Shown piece by piece: positions 51,401 to 63,800 of a DNA stretch of 64,000 bases. The position numbers and the translations under genes are program-made. The DNA comes from Cenococcum geophilum (taxonomy: Eukaryota): assembly GCA_050273025.1 (NCBI GenBank), contig CP158635.1:25730001-25794000 (forward strand), written 5' to 3'. Positions within the stretch are counted from its first letter, which is position 1. Every line of letters begins with the position of its first letter. The notes below the pieces were generated by a model that saw nothing but the letters and a program-made list of their open reading frames with translations, did not search any database and was not told the origin of the DNA.

Positions 51401-54400
51401 ACTGGAATAGCTTTTGTTAATATAGCTATGGCTATAGCGTACTGCTGGAATTCCTTGCTAATAAAGTTCCTACTAGCGTTGTGGGTGATATACTGCGGAG
51501 GTCCGACGTATGTATTAATCTAGTAGGTCTATAAAATATCCTAAGTATATTTTGCGGATATATTTTATAATTAACGGGTGGCTTAATAGTGGGTTACCTT
51601 ATTAATTATATATAGTACTAGGCTGCCGTTAATGTACATAATGTCTACGTATACTAAGTAGTTAAAGTTAAGATCCTTATAAAGGGTGAACTTGAATTAG
51701 CCTAGGGAACGTCCGTATTTCTGGCAGAAGGAGCAGTATTTAGTTAGGTAATTAACTACCTTTCTATTAACGTCGTTATATCTAGAGCGTTTAAGGACTC
51801 TATATAGCTTTTCGGCTAATAAGTGGCCGAAACGGCGGTGTAGATGGTAGATCTCTGTACTAGTAAGGTAGCACGGGTTATAGTTAAAAGATTCCTAAAT
51901 ATAGGTCCGTAAAGTCTCTCCCTATATAAGGAACGGGTGTCTAAATTGTTATATAATTGGTAGGGTAATATACTTACTTCCTAGGGCAGTTGTGGGGCTA
52001 ATTAAGGTATCTGTAACGTTGTTATAGTATACCTATAACCTGTCTATGTCTATAAGACAGAGTAGAAAGGGGGTATCCGCTTTTACTACGTGGAAGTTAA
52101 CTAGGCTAATTGGAGTCTTAACTTTAACTAATCTAATTGATGCGGTTAAGCCGATGCCGAATTAGACGTTTACGGCCCTAGTTTGCGTAATATTAATGTC
52201 CGTATTATTATTTATGGTGGTCCTATATATAAGGTATTATCCATAGCCTGCGGTAGACTTCTTTAAGGCACCTATATTGATTATAACACCGTAGAATTCT
52301 TTAGAGGTATAGCGTTCTATAGTAATATATGTAAATAGGTCCTGTTTATAGTCCGTAACGTCCGTAATAGGTCTAGTAGGTATACTTATAGATTGGTTTT
52401 TAGGTGTAATTAAGTATATAAATAAGCGGTCGGCTAGTACGGTTGTAATATTAAAGGCTTAGCTGTTTATAAAAGGTCTGAAAGTAGTTAGGAACGTCTT
52501 TAAGGTCTCTTATTCCTGGTTGTTTAGGTTAAAGTTAATTATAAGGGCTTCTATTAACTTATTAGGGGGCTCCTCTTCTTCCTCTCTTTTGTATTCTAAG
52601 ATAAACTAGTTAATCCGTTTATTAAATCTCTTCTTAGACCTATTACGTTCTTCCTAGGTATGCCTTATAGACTAATATCCTTCCTTACTATATACGAAGT
52701 ATTTCTAGCTTATTTATCTGTAGGGGTATACTTTTATACGGGAGTTGCTACGGGGGTTATAAGTGGGACTTGGTCGGTATGGGTGCTGCTAGCAGTAATG
52801 GCGGTCCGTAAAGTAGACGTCTAAGTCTATTTACGGATATTAAATATCCGTAGTAAAGGCTTAAGTGCTGCCCGGTAGGTTTAAGACTTTATACGTTATA
52901 ATAGAGGAGCGTAGGTTATTAATAAGGCCAGCTAAGGTGTCTATAGGCTTATAATAGGTATATTTATAGGGCTCTACTTCCTAGCAAGCCGTAATAAGTT
53001 TATTGTGCAAAAAGTTATCTATTTAAAGCTTAATGTTAAGGCCATGCTATAGATGCCGGAGGTCCTTAATGAGGATTTGCAGGCACTCTGTAGTTGACTT
53101 TTTAGGATTTTTGTTAATTACGGTCCGTAGCTTAATCGCATTCTATTAGGTAAGGATATTACGCCTATATTTTAGCCCTTTAAAGTAGTTGCGTATAGCT
53201 TTATATAGTTTATTAAAGGGAACACTAAGGGGGTTACTTTTAAGGTTAGTGTAGTAGTGGTTAAGTACTAGGCCGCGTAGTATGGTAGAGTAGGCTTGGC
53301 TAAACTCCTATTTAGGAATATTAGCCTTCTAGTAGAGGTCCGTAAAGATAGTTAGTTTAAAGTTAAAATTATCGTTTTTACCACTGTATTTAAACTTGTT
53401 AGTATAGAGCTTAGCTAGGTTAGCTAGCTCCTTGCTATAGGTCTTTATTTAGGTAGGTTGCGGATCTATAACTTACGGATCTGTGGCTTATAGATATGTG
53501 GTTTGCGGATATATAGCTTATAGATTTATGACTTAAATAACAGAAGGGGTTTAGTCCGTAATTTGATTTACGGGGGTATTATGGTCCGTAATTTGGGTTA
53601 TAGGGGTATTACGGTCCGTAACTTAAGTACTAGGTATACTTTAGCCTGTAAGATTAATTCCGAAATCGCTTAGGTTTATAGAACGAATTTAGTTAAGTAG
53701 GTTAGGTATAAGGCTAGCGATTATATTAAGTTTGGAAGAAGTAAAGAGTTCCTTAGTTTCTTAGAACTGGTCTAGGATTTCCTCTTTAGTCTATTCCGTT
53801 TAGTCCTTCTTATATATTGTATTATATAAGGACTATATAATAGTAACTCGTTTATTTCTTTTAACCTATATACTTTAGTTATATAAGAGGGTCCATAGGT
53901 TATGGATAGTAGTAGGGTTGTATACTTAAAGATAGCTTCTATAAAGTTTGCGAAGTCTTCCTAGTATTGCTCCTATAGGTTAACGTTTATAAGCTTAAAA
54001 TATTTATATTTAAGAACTTTAAATTTAATGTAGTTGTTAACGTCAGGTATAGATGTGAGGTTAACTCCCTACCTCTACTTTTCCTAACCTTTATCGACTT
54101 GCTTTCTTAGGTCTACTATACTATATTATATAGTGTAGTACGTAGTAGGTGGGAGGGGTCTTATAGTGGTCCGTAAAGGCGGTTAGAGGGTTTATACCAG
54201 TTTGTGGAAGGGTAAGAGGTTTTATAGCGGTCTGTAAAGGTAATTAATAGGTCCGTAACGGTTTATAGAAGGGTAAGAGGTCTCTATAAGGGGTCTAAAA
54301 AGAGGTTAGGGGAGGTATAGTAGAAATAGGGGTTTAAGGTTTAAGGGTAGGGGTTCTATATAGGTCTATGTTCGCGTCTATTATACTTCCAGTAAACTAT

Positions 54401-54833
54401 ACTAAGACTTAAATAAGTATACAGAGTTAGAGATAAGTCCGTAATCCCCGACTTCTAACCTTTTAGTAGGTCGTACTAGGAGTCTAAATAGGTGGTTGCT
54501 GTCGAGTATCGCTTGGGGGGAGGTGTTAAGTGATTGCTGATCTGTACGCGCTTACTAATCAGTGTTTGTACTAATTTAATAGCACAAGTAAGTTAGATCC
54601 AGGGGCACGAAATACGTATAGTATCGTATACTCTTTTAGATAATAGTGACTGTTGATTGTATAAAGTAGACTACGTAGTCTATATACTGATGCACCTCCC
54701 CCCTAATTAGTTAGTGCTTTATAAGTGCACCAGACGCGTAAGAGAGTGGTTGGTGCACTAAACGCGTAAACGCGTACCTGGCGTACCGAACGCGTAGGCA
54801 CGCGGTTAGTACGATAGGTACTATAATTATACA
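48484..54833 (-). mobile_element. Full-length Ty1/copia element A', inserted in the SNF2 gene
   Basis: 271-bp LTRs 48484-48754 and 54563-54833; TSD ATAGA (48479-48483, 54834-54838); reverse complement of 1-5831. Confidence 0.96.
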
Positions 54834-54838
54834 ATAGA

Positions 54839-57390
54839 TTTTTTTAGCTTAAAAGAACTTTACATTCTATTAAAAATAGCGGTTAAGTATATTAGTAAAC
54901 TCCTTACTAAGCGGGTTAGTAGTCTATTTAGTAATACTTGGGTCCTTAAGTATATAACTTTAAGTTTTTAGGCGTTTATTATTAAACTTATTAAACTTGT
55001 TAGACTTAATTATAATAGGGGCATGCTGGTCCTAGTATTAGATAACCTAGGCTATACTTACTACCGTTTTCGCGTTAGTATATAACTCGGCTTAGGTAAG
55101 TTTCGGTATTTTAGGTTTAGTATTTAGATCGCTACTATCTTCCTCCTATATAGCTAGAAGTTCCTTATATTAGCGCCTTTACTCTATCCTTACTTAGTCC
55201 TCTATAGCTATAATTATAGCCGCCTTAGTATTATTAGGGTTGGCCTATAATATAACTAATTTAAAATAGCTATTTTTTGGGATAAGCTTTTACTAGTTAA
55301 ACTAGAGTATTAACTCCCCTCTACGTATCTAAAACGTTAGAATAACTATACGGAAAAATATAGCTAATTCGCCGAATTTTCTATCTACTATTACTCTGGC
55401 TAGGTTAGTCTTTATATCCTTATAAAGACGGTTAAATTCCTTCTTCTTTAGCTAGATATTTTCTTCTTTAAGCTTAAGTAGTATTTTAAACTCTATTCCC
55501 TTTAGCTTATTAGCTTCTTCCTACTCTAGCCTCTTTAATCCTGCTATAATAAACCGTATTAGTTATATTGGGTTTCCGTTATTAAGCGTACTAGACGCAC
55601 CCTATATAGTAGGGCTGCAATTATATATAATACGGTACTCCTTAACTATATCCTTAATAAATAACATTAAGACTCTACCGGTTGCGTCTAGGTGGTATTT
55701 ATCCTAGAGGATACGCCTAACCTATATTATACTCTTCGATTTCTAATATATTCTAAAGAATTGGCTATTTAGGTATTTCTATATATTGGTTTATATAGTA
55801 ATAAACCCATATATTAGTCGTGTGGTAATATAATTTCGCGTAGTAATTAGAAGGAATTGGGTTAAGTATCTTAGCGCTAATAGTTCTATTATATTAGGGG
55901 TAGGGCTATAATTATTCTTAAACCTAGCTTTACCCTATAGGTATAATAGGAGAGCCTTACTAACTAGATATATATTATTATCGTTTTCCTATTATTCCTT
56001 ATTAATCCACTTAAGAGCCTTATAAATTTGCGGCTATTTATCCTTTTTTAGTTTACTAAATATCTTAACTTTATTATAGCTAGGGGCGAGAATTATAATC
56101 TAGGGCGGGTTAGGGCGCTTTATAATCGCGCCGTCTTATAATATTGCACTCGCGTCCTTTAGGAATCCTAGTAGGCCTAGGGTTAGCGTAAGGATAACTA
56201 AGCAGCCTTACTATAGGTCTATAGGGTATAGCTTCTTAGAGTTATTTTCGCAGTAGTATATAATTAGCTGCTTTACTACCTATAGGCATTTTAAATCTAG
56301 TAGATATATCTTAGGTAGGTAGTAGGTTACGTCCCTAGTAGCTTAGGCCTTTTAAATATTTATTACGTTCTAATAATAAAAGTAGTTTATTAGCTATTAA
56401 GTAATTATTTATATAGTCTTGCCCGCGCCGGGTTCGTCTATATAGATGCCACCTTTTTTAATTGTTTTTTTTTTTGCTTAAATACCTAAGCTATATATAC
56501 CACTTAGTATAGGCTAAATTTAAAGCCTAATATAAGGCCTTAATTAGGGCGGTCTTAAAGAGTGCTTTTAATAAGATAAGTAGGAAATACTTTAGAGTAA
56601 GTAGAAGATCCGCCTCCGTTATATACGCTAGTGCACTATTTAAGTTATCCTTCCCGGTCTTATAGAGCTAGGCTAAAAAAGTTTACTAGTTAAGTTCTTC
56701 CTCTACGTCTACGTCTTGGTTATTATTATTAACCAAATTCTTGTCTTAGTTGCTATTATTAACTAAATCCTTATCTTTATCTCTACTCTCCGCGTCCTTA
56801 AAGTTAGTATAATATAGAAACTAATTATTATATCTACCGGTATATTGCGGTAATTTACTATCCTCTATAATAATATCTTAAGGGATATTAATGGTTAGTA
56901 ATATAGTAGTAGGGTCGTCTATTACATCGTTAGGCTAATATATACCATTAGGTTCGGTAATAGATTATAGTAATTTACCGTTATCTATAGCAATTTCTTT
57001 AGTATTACTATTACTCGCTAATATAGGCTTATAGGTAGATAGGTTATATCTTCCTTTACTAATTACCTTCTACGCATAATTGGCTTGTTATTACTATTTT
57101 TTATAAGGGTGCCTACCGCTAATTCTACTTAAAGGCGTTTCCTACTTCTATTTAGGTTAGCCTTGCGACTATTTAACTTCTTAGGCGCGGCCGGCTCGCT
57201 TTTATTGTCCTTTGCTAGGGCACTTATTACTAATTTTAGTTAAGGCTACTTATTATATCTACCCAATTTAGTTTTACTATTATCCGATTTCTTATATCTA
57301 ATAGGCTCGCCCTTACTATCTTTATTAGAGCTATATGCTGCTAATTCTAAATAACTCTACTGTGGGAGGGTACGACCTCTCTAAGATAGG
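54839..57390 (-). pseudogene. SNF2/SWI2-family ATPase, N-terminal lobe and low-complexity N-terminus (5' fragment; start approximate)
   Basis: (P)Y(Q)...(W) ~56480-56515; Walker A GGI..DEPGAGKTI(Q) ~56409-56453; RRIL(W)D(E)(C)H ~55692-55718; motif III AS(G)T ~55585-55600; acidic/basic low-complexity region 56690-57350. Confidence 0.8.
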
Positions 57391-57699
57391 AAAGTCACAG
57401 TGCTGTCAGTCAGTCTGTCGGTCGGTCTGTTGGTCGGTTATAATCAGTTAGAATTAAGCAGTAAGAAGAGAAAGAAAAGAGTGTATTTAAGGAAAGTTGT
57501 GTATCTGTTGGTGTTGCCTAAGTTATTAAAGACTCTGAGGGCTCTAAACTGATCTATATAACTTATAAAAGGCCTAGGCTCTCCCGAAGCTATACTTAAT
57601 CTAGATGTTAAATCTAGGGGCCAAATCACACTACTATATACCTCTCCCACCTAAGTCGTTGTCCCTTAACGACTTCTAAAACTCTAAAACTCCTTATCT

Positions 57700-60560
57700 T
57701 TAAAATAAAGGCGTAGTAGGTGATTGCATGCGTTCCTTGCCCTTACCACGAACTTAAGATAGTAAACGAGGAGACTTTGTTTTGGTTAAATGAGACCGCT
57801 CTTATCTACTTAGCTAAGTAGTAAGAGAGACCTTAAACTGGCGGCTCTTAGATAATATAGCTCTTTCGCGCCCTTCTATTTACTTAGTTCTGTCCTATAA
57901 TTCTTTAGGTAACTCTATATAACTTTGTCCTTTTATAATAACCGGGGGCACTCTACTTAGATCTACCGTAACAGCTAAAGGATCGATTCTATTATTAATG
58001 CAGTAAAAGTAAAAGCGGCTATTAAAGCGTTCCATCTTAGTTGTACGTATTAGCCTAAATATATCTTTATAATTCTTAACGGCCCTAAGATGGTAGGAAT
58101 GCATTTATTTCCCAACTTCGTTCCTATTACCATTGAGAAGAAGGTTATAATCTTAAATTACCGCTAAAGAATCCCATTGTTGTTTACCAAGAAGGGCGTT
58201 GGATAGAGCGCTTACAGCTATAAGCTTAACTACTATAGGGAAGCGATATGGAATCGCACCGTAAAGATTAGTATATCTAGACGGCGTATAGGGCGGCGCT
58301 CTTAAGTCTTAGTGCGTATCTGCCAACTCTGCCTAAGTACCTTCTTTAGTAACCTTAAGGTTATTATAATTGTCCTAAATACCAGAAAATTATAGTAGCA
58401 TTATTTGCCGGGTTCTAGTTAAAGGTCCTTTCGCTCTATAAGGAAGGTGAGGCATAGTTATGCGTATATCTCCTTTCTTACATAGCTAAGCTACCTAGTC
58501 AGTCGCATACTTTTTTACGTCTTTAGTGGTCCAGTCTTAGTTAGAGATCTTATAAACGAATCCGTTGCCTTTAGTTAATCCTTACGCCTTAAGATCCTCC
58601 TACTATAATTCTAGGTGGTGATATATGCTAGGTAGGATAATCGTACAGTTATCCTTAGTCTTATTATCTAGAGAAACGCTCCCTTGGATTATATCGGCAC
58701 CGTATTCACTTTTAAGGAGCGAGGGAATATTAATATTAATGTAACGGAAAGCTATAGAGTCTCCTTTAACCGCGAATTTTGTATAATAAGGGTAGGAAAT
58801 AAGTTACTACTAGCTATTAGGCCTAAGAGCGTAATAGAGACAATAATACTAAGGGTTTTATCTTATTAGCTGTTAATAGAGACCATAGACTATCGTTCTT
58901 AACCAGCTATAATTTAGCCGCCTATTAATTAGACGCTAATGGTGGCGGTATATATATATTTCCTTATTAATTATTACTAAGATATTAGAATCCTACTACT
59001 ATCTAAATATGTTTAAAATTATAGATCCTTCTTACTGCTATACTTTTTGGTTTTTTAGTAATATTATCTAATTAAGCAAAGCCTCTCTATTGTATAAAAA
59101 CCTTAATGCTAAGTTATAAATAAACTTATACGGTCCTAAGGAATTAGACGGAACTAGAGGTCTATAAGCTTTTTTAAACTAAGAGTATATAGTAGGATTG
59201 GTCTTTATAGTACTAAGGTGGTTATAAGCGTAATATATTAAACGAAGTCTGTAACACAGTGCGGCATAGTTTAAACCCTTTATCGCCAAACCTATATATC
59301 CTCCTATAGCTTATGTATATATCTAACAGACCTTATATATCTTTAGATTAGAACTAGCTACCCTATATTAACTACATAAGAGCTTTATAACCTCAGTTGG
59401 TTTGATTTTAGTAGTTTGGTTTAGGGACGCCTTAAGATAAGTGGGTATGTCATCCTTGCAGTTATACCCTTATTTTGCATGGAGTACCGCCATAGCATTT
59501 ATAACCTCCTTAATATACTCCTTATCATCTCCTAGCTTAATAACGTTCTTATTAAATATTAATGCCACCCCTAGCCCTCCTACTTCTAGGTAAGTAATTA
59601 TTAGCCCTCTTCTTAGATTTCTCCTTAATGAAGATACTAGCAGCTATAGGGGCGAGCTAATAGGCGTTCTAGCTACGAGAATACTCTCGTTTATAGATAA
59701 TAATAGCGAGTTAACTAACATAGGTGATCCTTATTAGGACGGGCTTGGTATAATATTAGCGCCTCCTCCTTAAATAGGTGTTAATGGCTAAAAAGCTAAG
59801 GGATTTATTACGTTAAAAGTATATTATAAATATATTTATAGTGTAAGAGCTAAGCTCTCTCCTACTTGTCTAATTCCGATATCAGTAACCTCTAGTCCTA
59901 TAGTAGTTAGTCTCCTACTTTTTAGTAGTAGGTCCTCATTTGGAACAAGGAAACTAGTTAAGTATCTTCCTAAGCTATAATTATTCACTACCTAGTCTAA
60001 TACCGCCCTTTTTAGCATCTTTAGCGCGAGCGCGAAATCAGTCGGCTATAGTTAAGTAGTGTTCTTAATGCCGCGTCCTAGATATTTAAGCCTGTTAATT
60101 AGGGCCTTATTAACTTATACTATTACTTTATAAAGTAGGTAAACAGTAAGCTTTTAGGTAGTAGAAAGAAAGTAGTAGGAGACTACATATTTAAGTAGAC
60201 CGTTAAAAACACCTTGTCCCTAGGACTTTCAGATAGTTTCTCTAGCTTTATTATACTAATTTCTTTAATCTTTTACCATCTTACTAACGTTAGAGATATC
60301 CTTAAAGATTAATAAGAACGCGTCCCTTCCTAGAGATACTTATAGCCTATTATCCTGGTTAACGAAATTAACTACTATACTAGTAGCATCTATATAGTTT
60401 TCTCGAGAGAGCAGAATCTTGTTATAGATTTAGAGGAGTATTACTTAACGCTAATTAACTATAAAGCCTCTAACTTCTGCAAGGACATTACTAATCTATT
60501 ACTTAGCTCCTTTATATAGTACTAGAGGTCTACTAGATAAAGATATAATAAACGTGCTAT
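57700..60560 (-). pseudogene. Large protein with a C-terminal PhyH-like Fe(II)/2-oxoglutarate dioxygenase domain, RIP-degraded (ends approximate)
   Basis: Continuous reverted frame over ~57900-59030: YRHH(Q)R..N..(G)WLRT...R(Q)(D)P.Y..LY.ALRP(D)..(R)LISYPYYTKFAVKGDS.AFR(H)I(D)IN (HxD 58735-58743)...IQGSVSLD(D)(E)TKDNCTIILP(G).(H)...CKKGDIRITMPHLP(H)(G)AKGP...R (distal His 58438-58440). The 57895-58104 ORF is a surviving piece. Candidate RIP'd start at 60560; joining of the N-terminal part is assumed. Confidence 0.68.
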
Positions 60561-60727
60561 TATTAATTCTATTTAATTTATAACTTTAACTAATCGCGGC
60601 TATATTTAAGGTTTATTAAGGGCGAAAAGGTAAAGTTCTAAATAGGGTTTCCTAATCTAAATAGTCTACCAAATTTAGGTAGTAGTATAAAGTTCTACCG
60701 GCTCTAATCGTTAAATAGACTAATTAT

Positions 60728-60754
60728 AATTTTCTATCCCTAGGATAGAAAATT
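60728..60754. promoter_or_regulatory. 27-bp palindrome P1 (GATTTTCCATCCC-N-GGGATGGAAAATC) upstream of the dioxygenase gene; function unknown
   Basis: Other copies at 5287, 16231, 19709, 27394, 33285 and 48990. The regulatory role is inference. Confidence 0.45.
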
Positions 60755-60871
60755 GCTATTAGCTTAGTAAAGGCGGTGAGCGGAACTAACATCTTTATAG
60801 TAAATAATACTAGATAGTTATACGCAAACATTCTTCTATCCTTACCTTACTGCCACTATATATTAGATTCC

Positions 60872-63800
60872 TGTGACTAAAAAAAGTAAATAAGAAAGTG
60901 TAATAGAAAGAGCTTTAGGAAATACGGTAAATAAACAGATAGATTATATGGCTGTTATCTATATCCCCTCCCCTACCTTAGAACTTAACTATCCCCTAGT
61001 TAAATGTTTTATACTTAGTTCTATTAAACAATCTTTCTAAAACACACACTTTTTAAACTACACGGCATTACAATACTGGTGGATTTTATATAATATCCTC
61101 CTTAGGTTCTAGCTCTACTGTTATTTCTTATAGTATAGTTCCGCTTAACTAGTTAAGCTAGTCTTCCTAGTGGACCTTAGATATTTATTATTAATAGAAC
61201 TTCTTTAATCTATTCTCTGGAGTTTAATTATAGAACGGCGTGCCGTTAAGATCCTTAATTAAGTACTATCCTTTATAAGGGTAACTCTTACGTACGTAGA
61301 ATGGGCCTAGCTATTTTAGATCTAACTTACAACTACTAAAATAGTCTTACTTAAGCTGTGTATTATAAAGTATAACTATATCTCTAACTTTAAATCCGTC
61401 CTAGCGAATATAGTAGGTGTTATTAAAGTACTTCTTATTTACTACCCTTAGTTGTCTTATATACGTAATAGCCTCTTTTATATCTACGTCTCTTTAGTTA
61501 AACTGCTTTATATAAAGTGCTAATAGCTTTATAGTGGTCCGGACTGTTTACTAAGGTAGCATCTACTAAGTAGGTATATAGAGTTTAATAAAAAGGATAT
61601 GCTTATATCCGTATATAACTCTTACTAGTATCATTCCCATAGGCTGCTTAATAGTTGTTCTATCTACCTATAAAATAGTATAAAGATTATCCAGCTATAA
61701 GCCATCTATCTTTACTAAAGTGTTTATTATAGGTTTATGGCCTTGCTCTATAAAGCCTTACGCCTAAGTATAGTAAGCGGAAGCTATAATCCTCTTAATA
61801 TTATAGAGCTCTATAAGCGCAGCGGTAATGTTAGCATTCTCTCCTCTACTATCTACAGAGAGCTGTCTAAATACTCCTTATTAGCAGATAATATCTTTAT
61901 AGAAGAACTTCGCTATACTTTTTATATCCTTATTTTAAAGGGCCCAAGCCTCCACCTATCTAGATATATATTCTTAAGCAATAGCTAGGTACCAGAATCT
62001 AAGATAGCTTGGAGGCATAAACGTAATATCTACTGCTACTTGTTACCACAAGGTAGACTCCCACATAGGGTATATCACTTCTTCTTACTGTCCTAGCTAT
62101 TACTCCTAGTATTATAAACACAACTTAATATGCTATAATATCTAATCCTATAGCCCTGGCTACCAATATTAATTTAAGACCCTCTAATACGTTCCCTCTT
62201 ATTTATAATATCCGCTTTAATTATAAAGGCTTTTAATAATCTCCTGCTAAGTGTCCTTATTATTAACTACCCTTTATATTAGTACATTTTTTAACTACCG
62301 GCGGAAGAGCTGTTAATTACGCACTAGGAACTTCAGCGTATATTATTTAAACTTTTTAAACTCCTTAGTATTTATCTCTTTTGGATATTATAAGGTTACT
62401 AGCTACTTCGCAATCTTCTAAGATTCCTCTAAGTATAAGTCTTCTAATAGCAGACCCACTTCTATTTCAAGAGGGGCAGCTATATATTCTAAGGCACTTA
62501 GTTTACAGTCAATAAACTCTTTAATATCCTTAGTCGGCTTATTAGGTCGTTCACTATTAGGTAGTTATTATAAAAGTCTATTAGCTAGGCTATTCTTCTT
62601 CCCTAGTATATATCTAATATTAAAGTCTTATAGCTAGATCTATGCTAGCTATTTTATCATTAAGGCTCCGGGTAAATTAGTAGCAGTACAATTTAATTAT
62701 ATAACTAGGGTATTCGCGTTTATCTCTACTATAAAGTAAACGCCGTATAGGTATACGCGACACTTCTTTAACGCATATAATAATGCCTAATATTTAAGCT
62801 TTCCTAAGTTATATTTCTGCTCTGCCTAAGACTAGATGTCGCTTTTATATTAACACAGGTAACGATAATCTTACACATCTAGTTATATAAGGCCGCACCC
62901 CTATCTATTCTTATATCTATTAACGGCGAGAATAATTAGCCTAGCCCCTTTACTATAATCTAGCTAAACTAATATAGGTGTAGTAGTGACTATATACTTT
63001 AGAGTCTTTATAGCGGCTATCTGCTCTATGCCCTATACAAACAGAATGTTCACTTATAGTAGTTAGAAGATTGGCTCTACCTTAATTACGAAGTCTTTTA
63101 CCTATATTTAGTAATATATAACAACTCCTAAGAACGCTTAGGCTAACGTAACGTCTTCGCAGTCTTTTTAGTAAATAATCTTTATAACCTTTAACTCTTC
63201 TAGATATCATCCTTTTCTATTATAGTAGTAGCCAACTACTATAATCTTATCTTTGCAGAAATAAGACTTTACGCCTAAGATTATATACCTAGCTCGTTCC
63301 AAATCTGCAAGTACTTTATCCAGCCATATAATATATTCTAGAATATATCTACGCATACCTAGAAGGCTCTCCTCCTCATTATATACTGTCTATAGGCCTT
63401 TTACTATAATATTATCTAGAAATAGTAGGGTATAGTATGGGATATGTTGTTCTAAGATCTTAGTAATTATCTGTATAAACTAGGCTACGAAATTCGTGCC
63501 TCTTATAGGTACCGTCATTTATTATAGAAGTCCTAGAGGTGTTATAAAAGCCATTAGGTTCCAGCTTTCTATATCTAGCTCTAATTAGTTATAGCCTAAG
63601 AAGAAGTTTACTAGAGACATAACCTTATACCCTATAAACTCCTTAAAAAATTCATTAGTATATAGCGGCAGATTTACATCCCTAATAGTTACTTAGTTAA
63701 TATTCATCGCCGCGTTAATTAGTTGGTACTTATTACGTTCTTTCTTACTTATAAAAAACTATAGATTCCTATATAGGCTTTTGCAATATTCTAGAGTCCC

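Noticed and set aside
47421..60871. Starship element
   Set aside because: No tyrosine-recombinase captain or TTAC-type boundary was seen; the termini look like TIRs.
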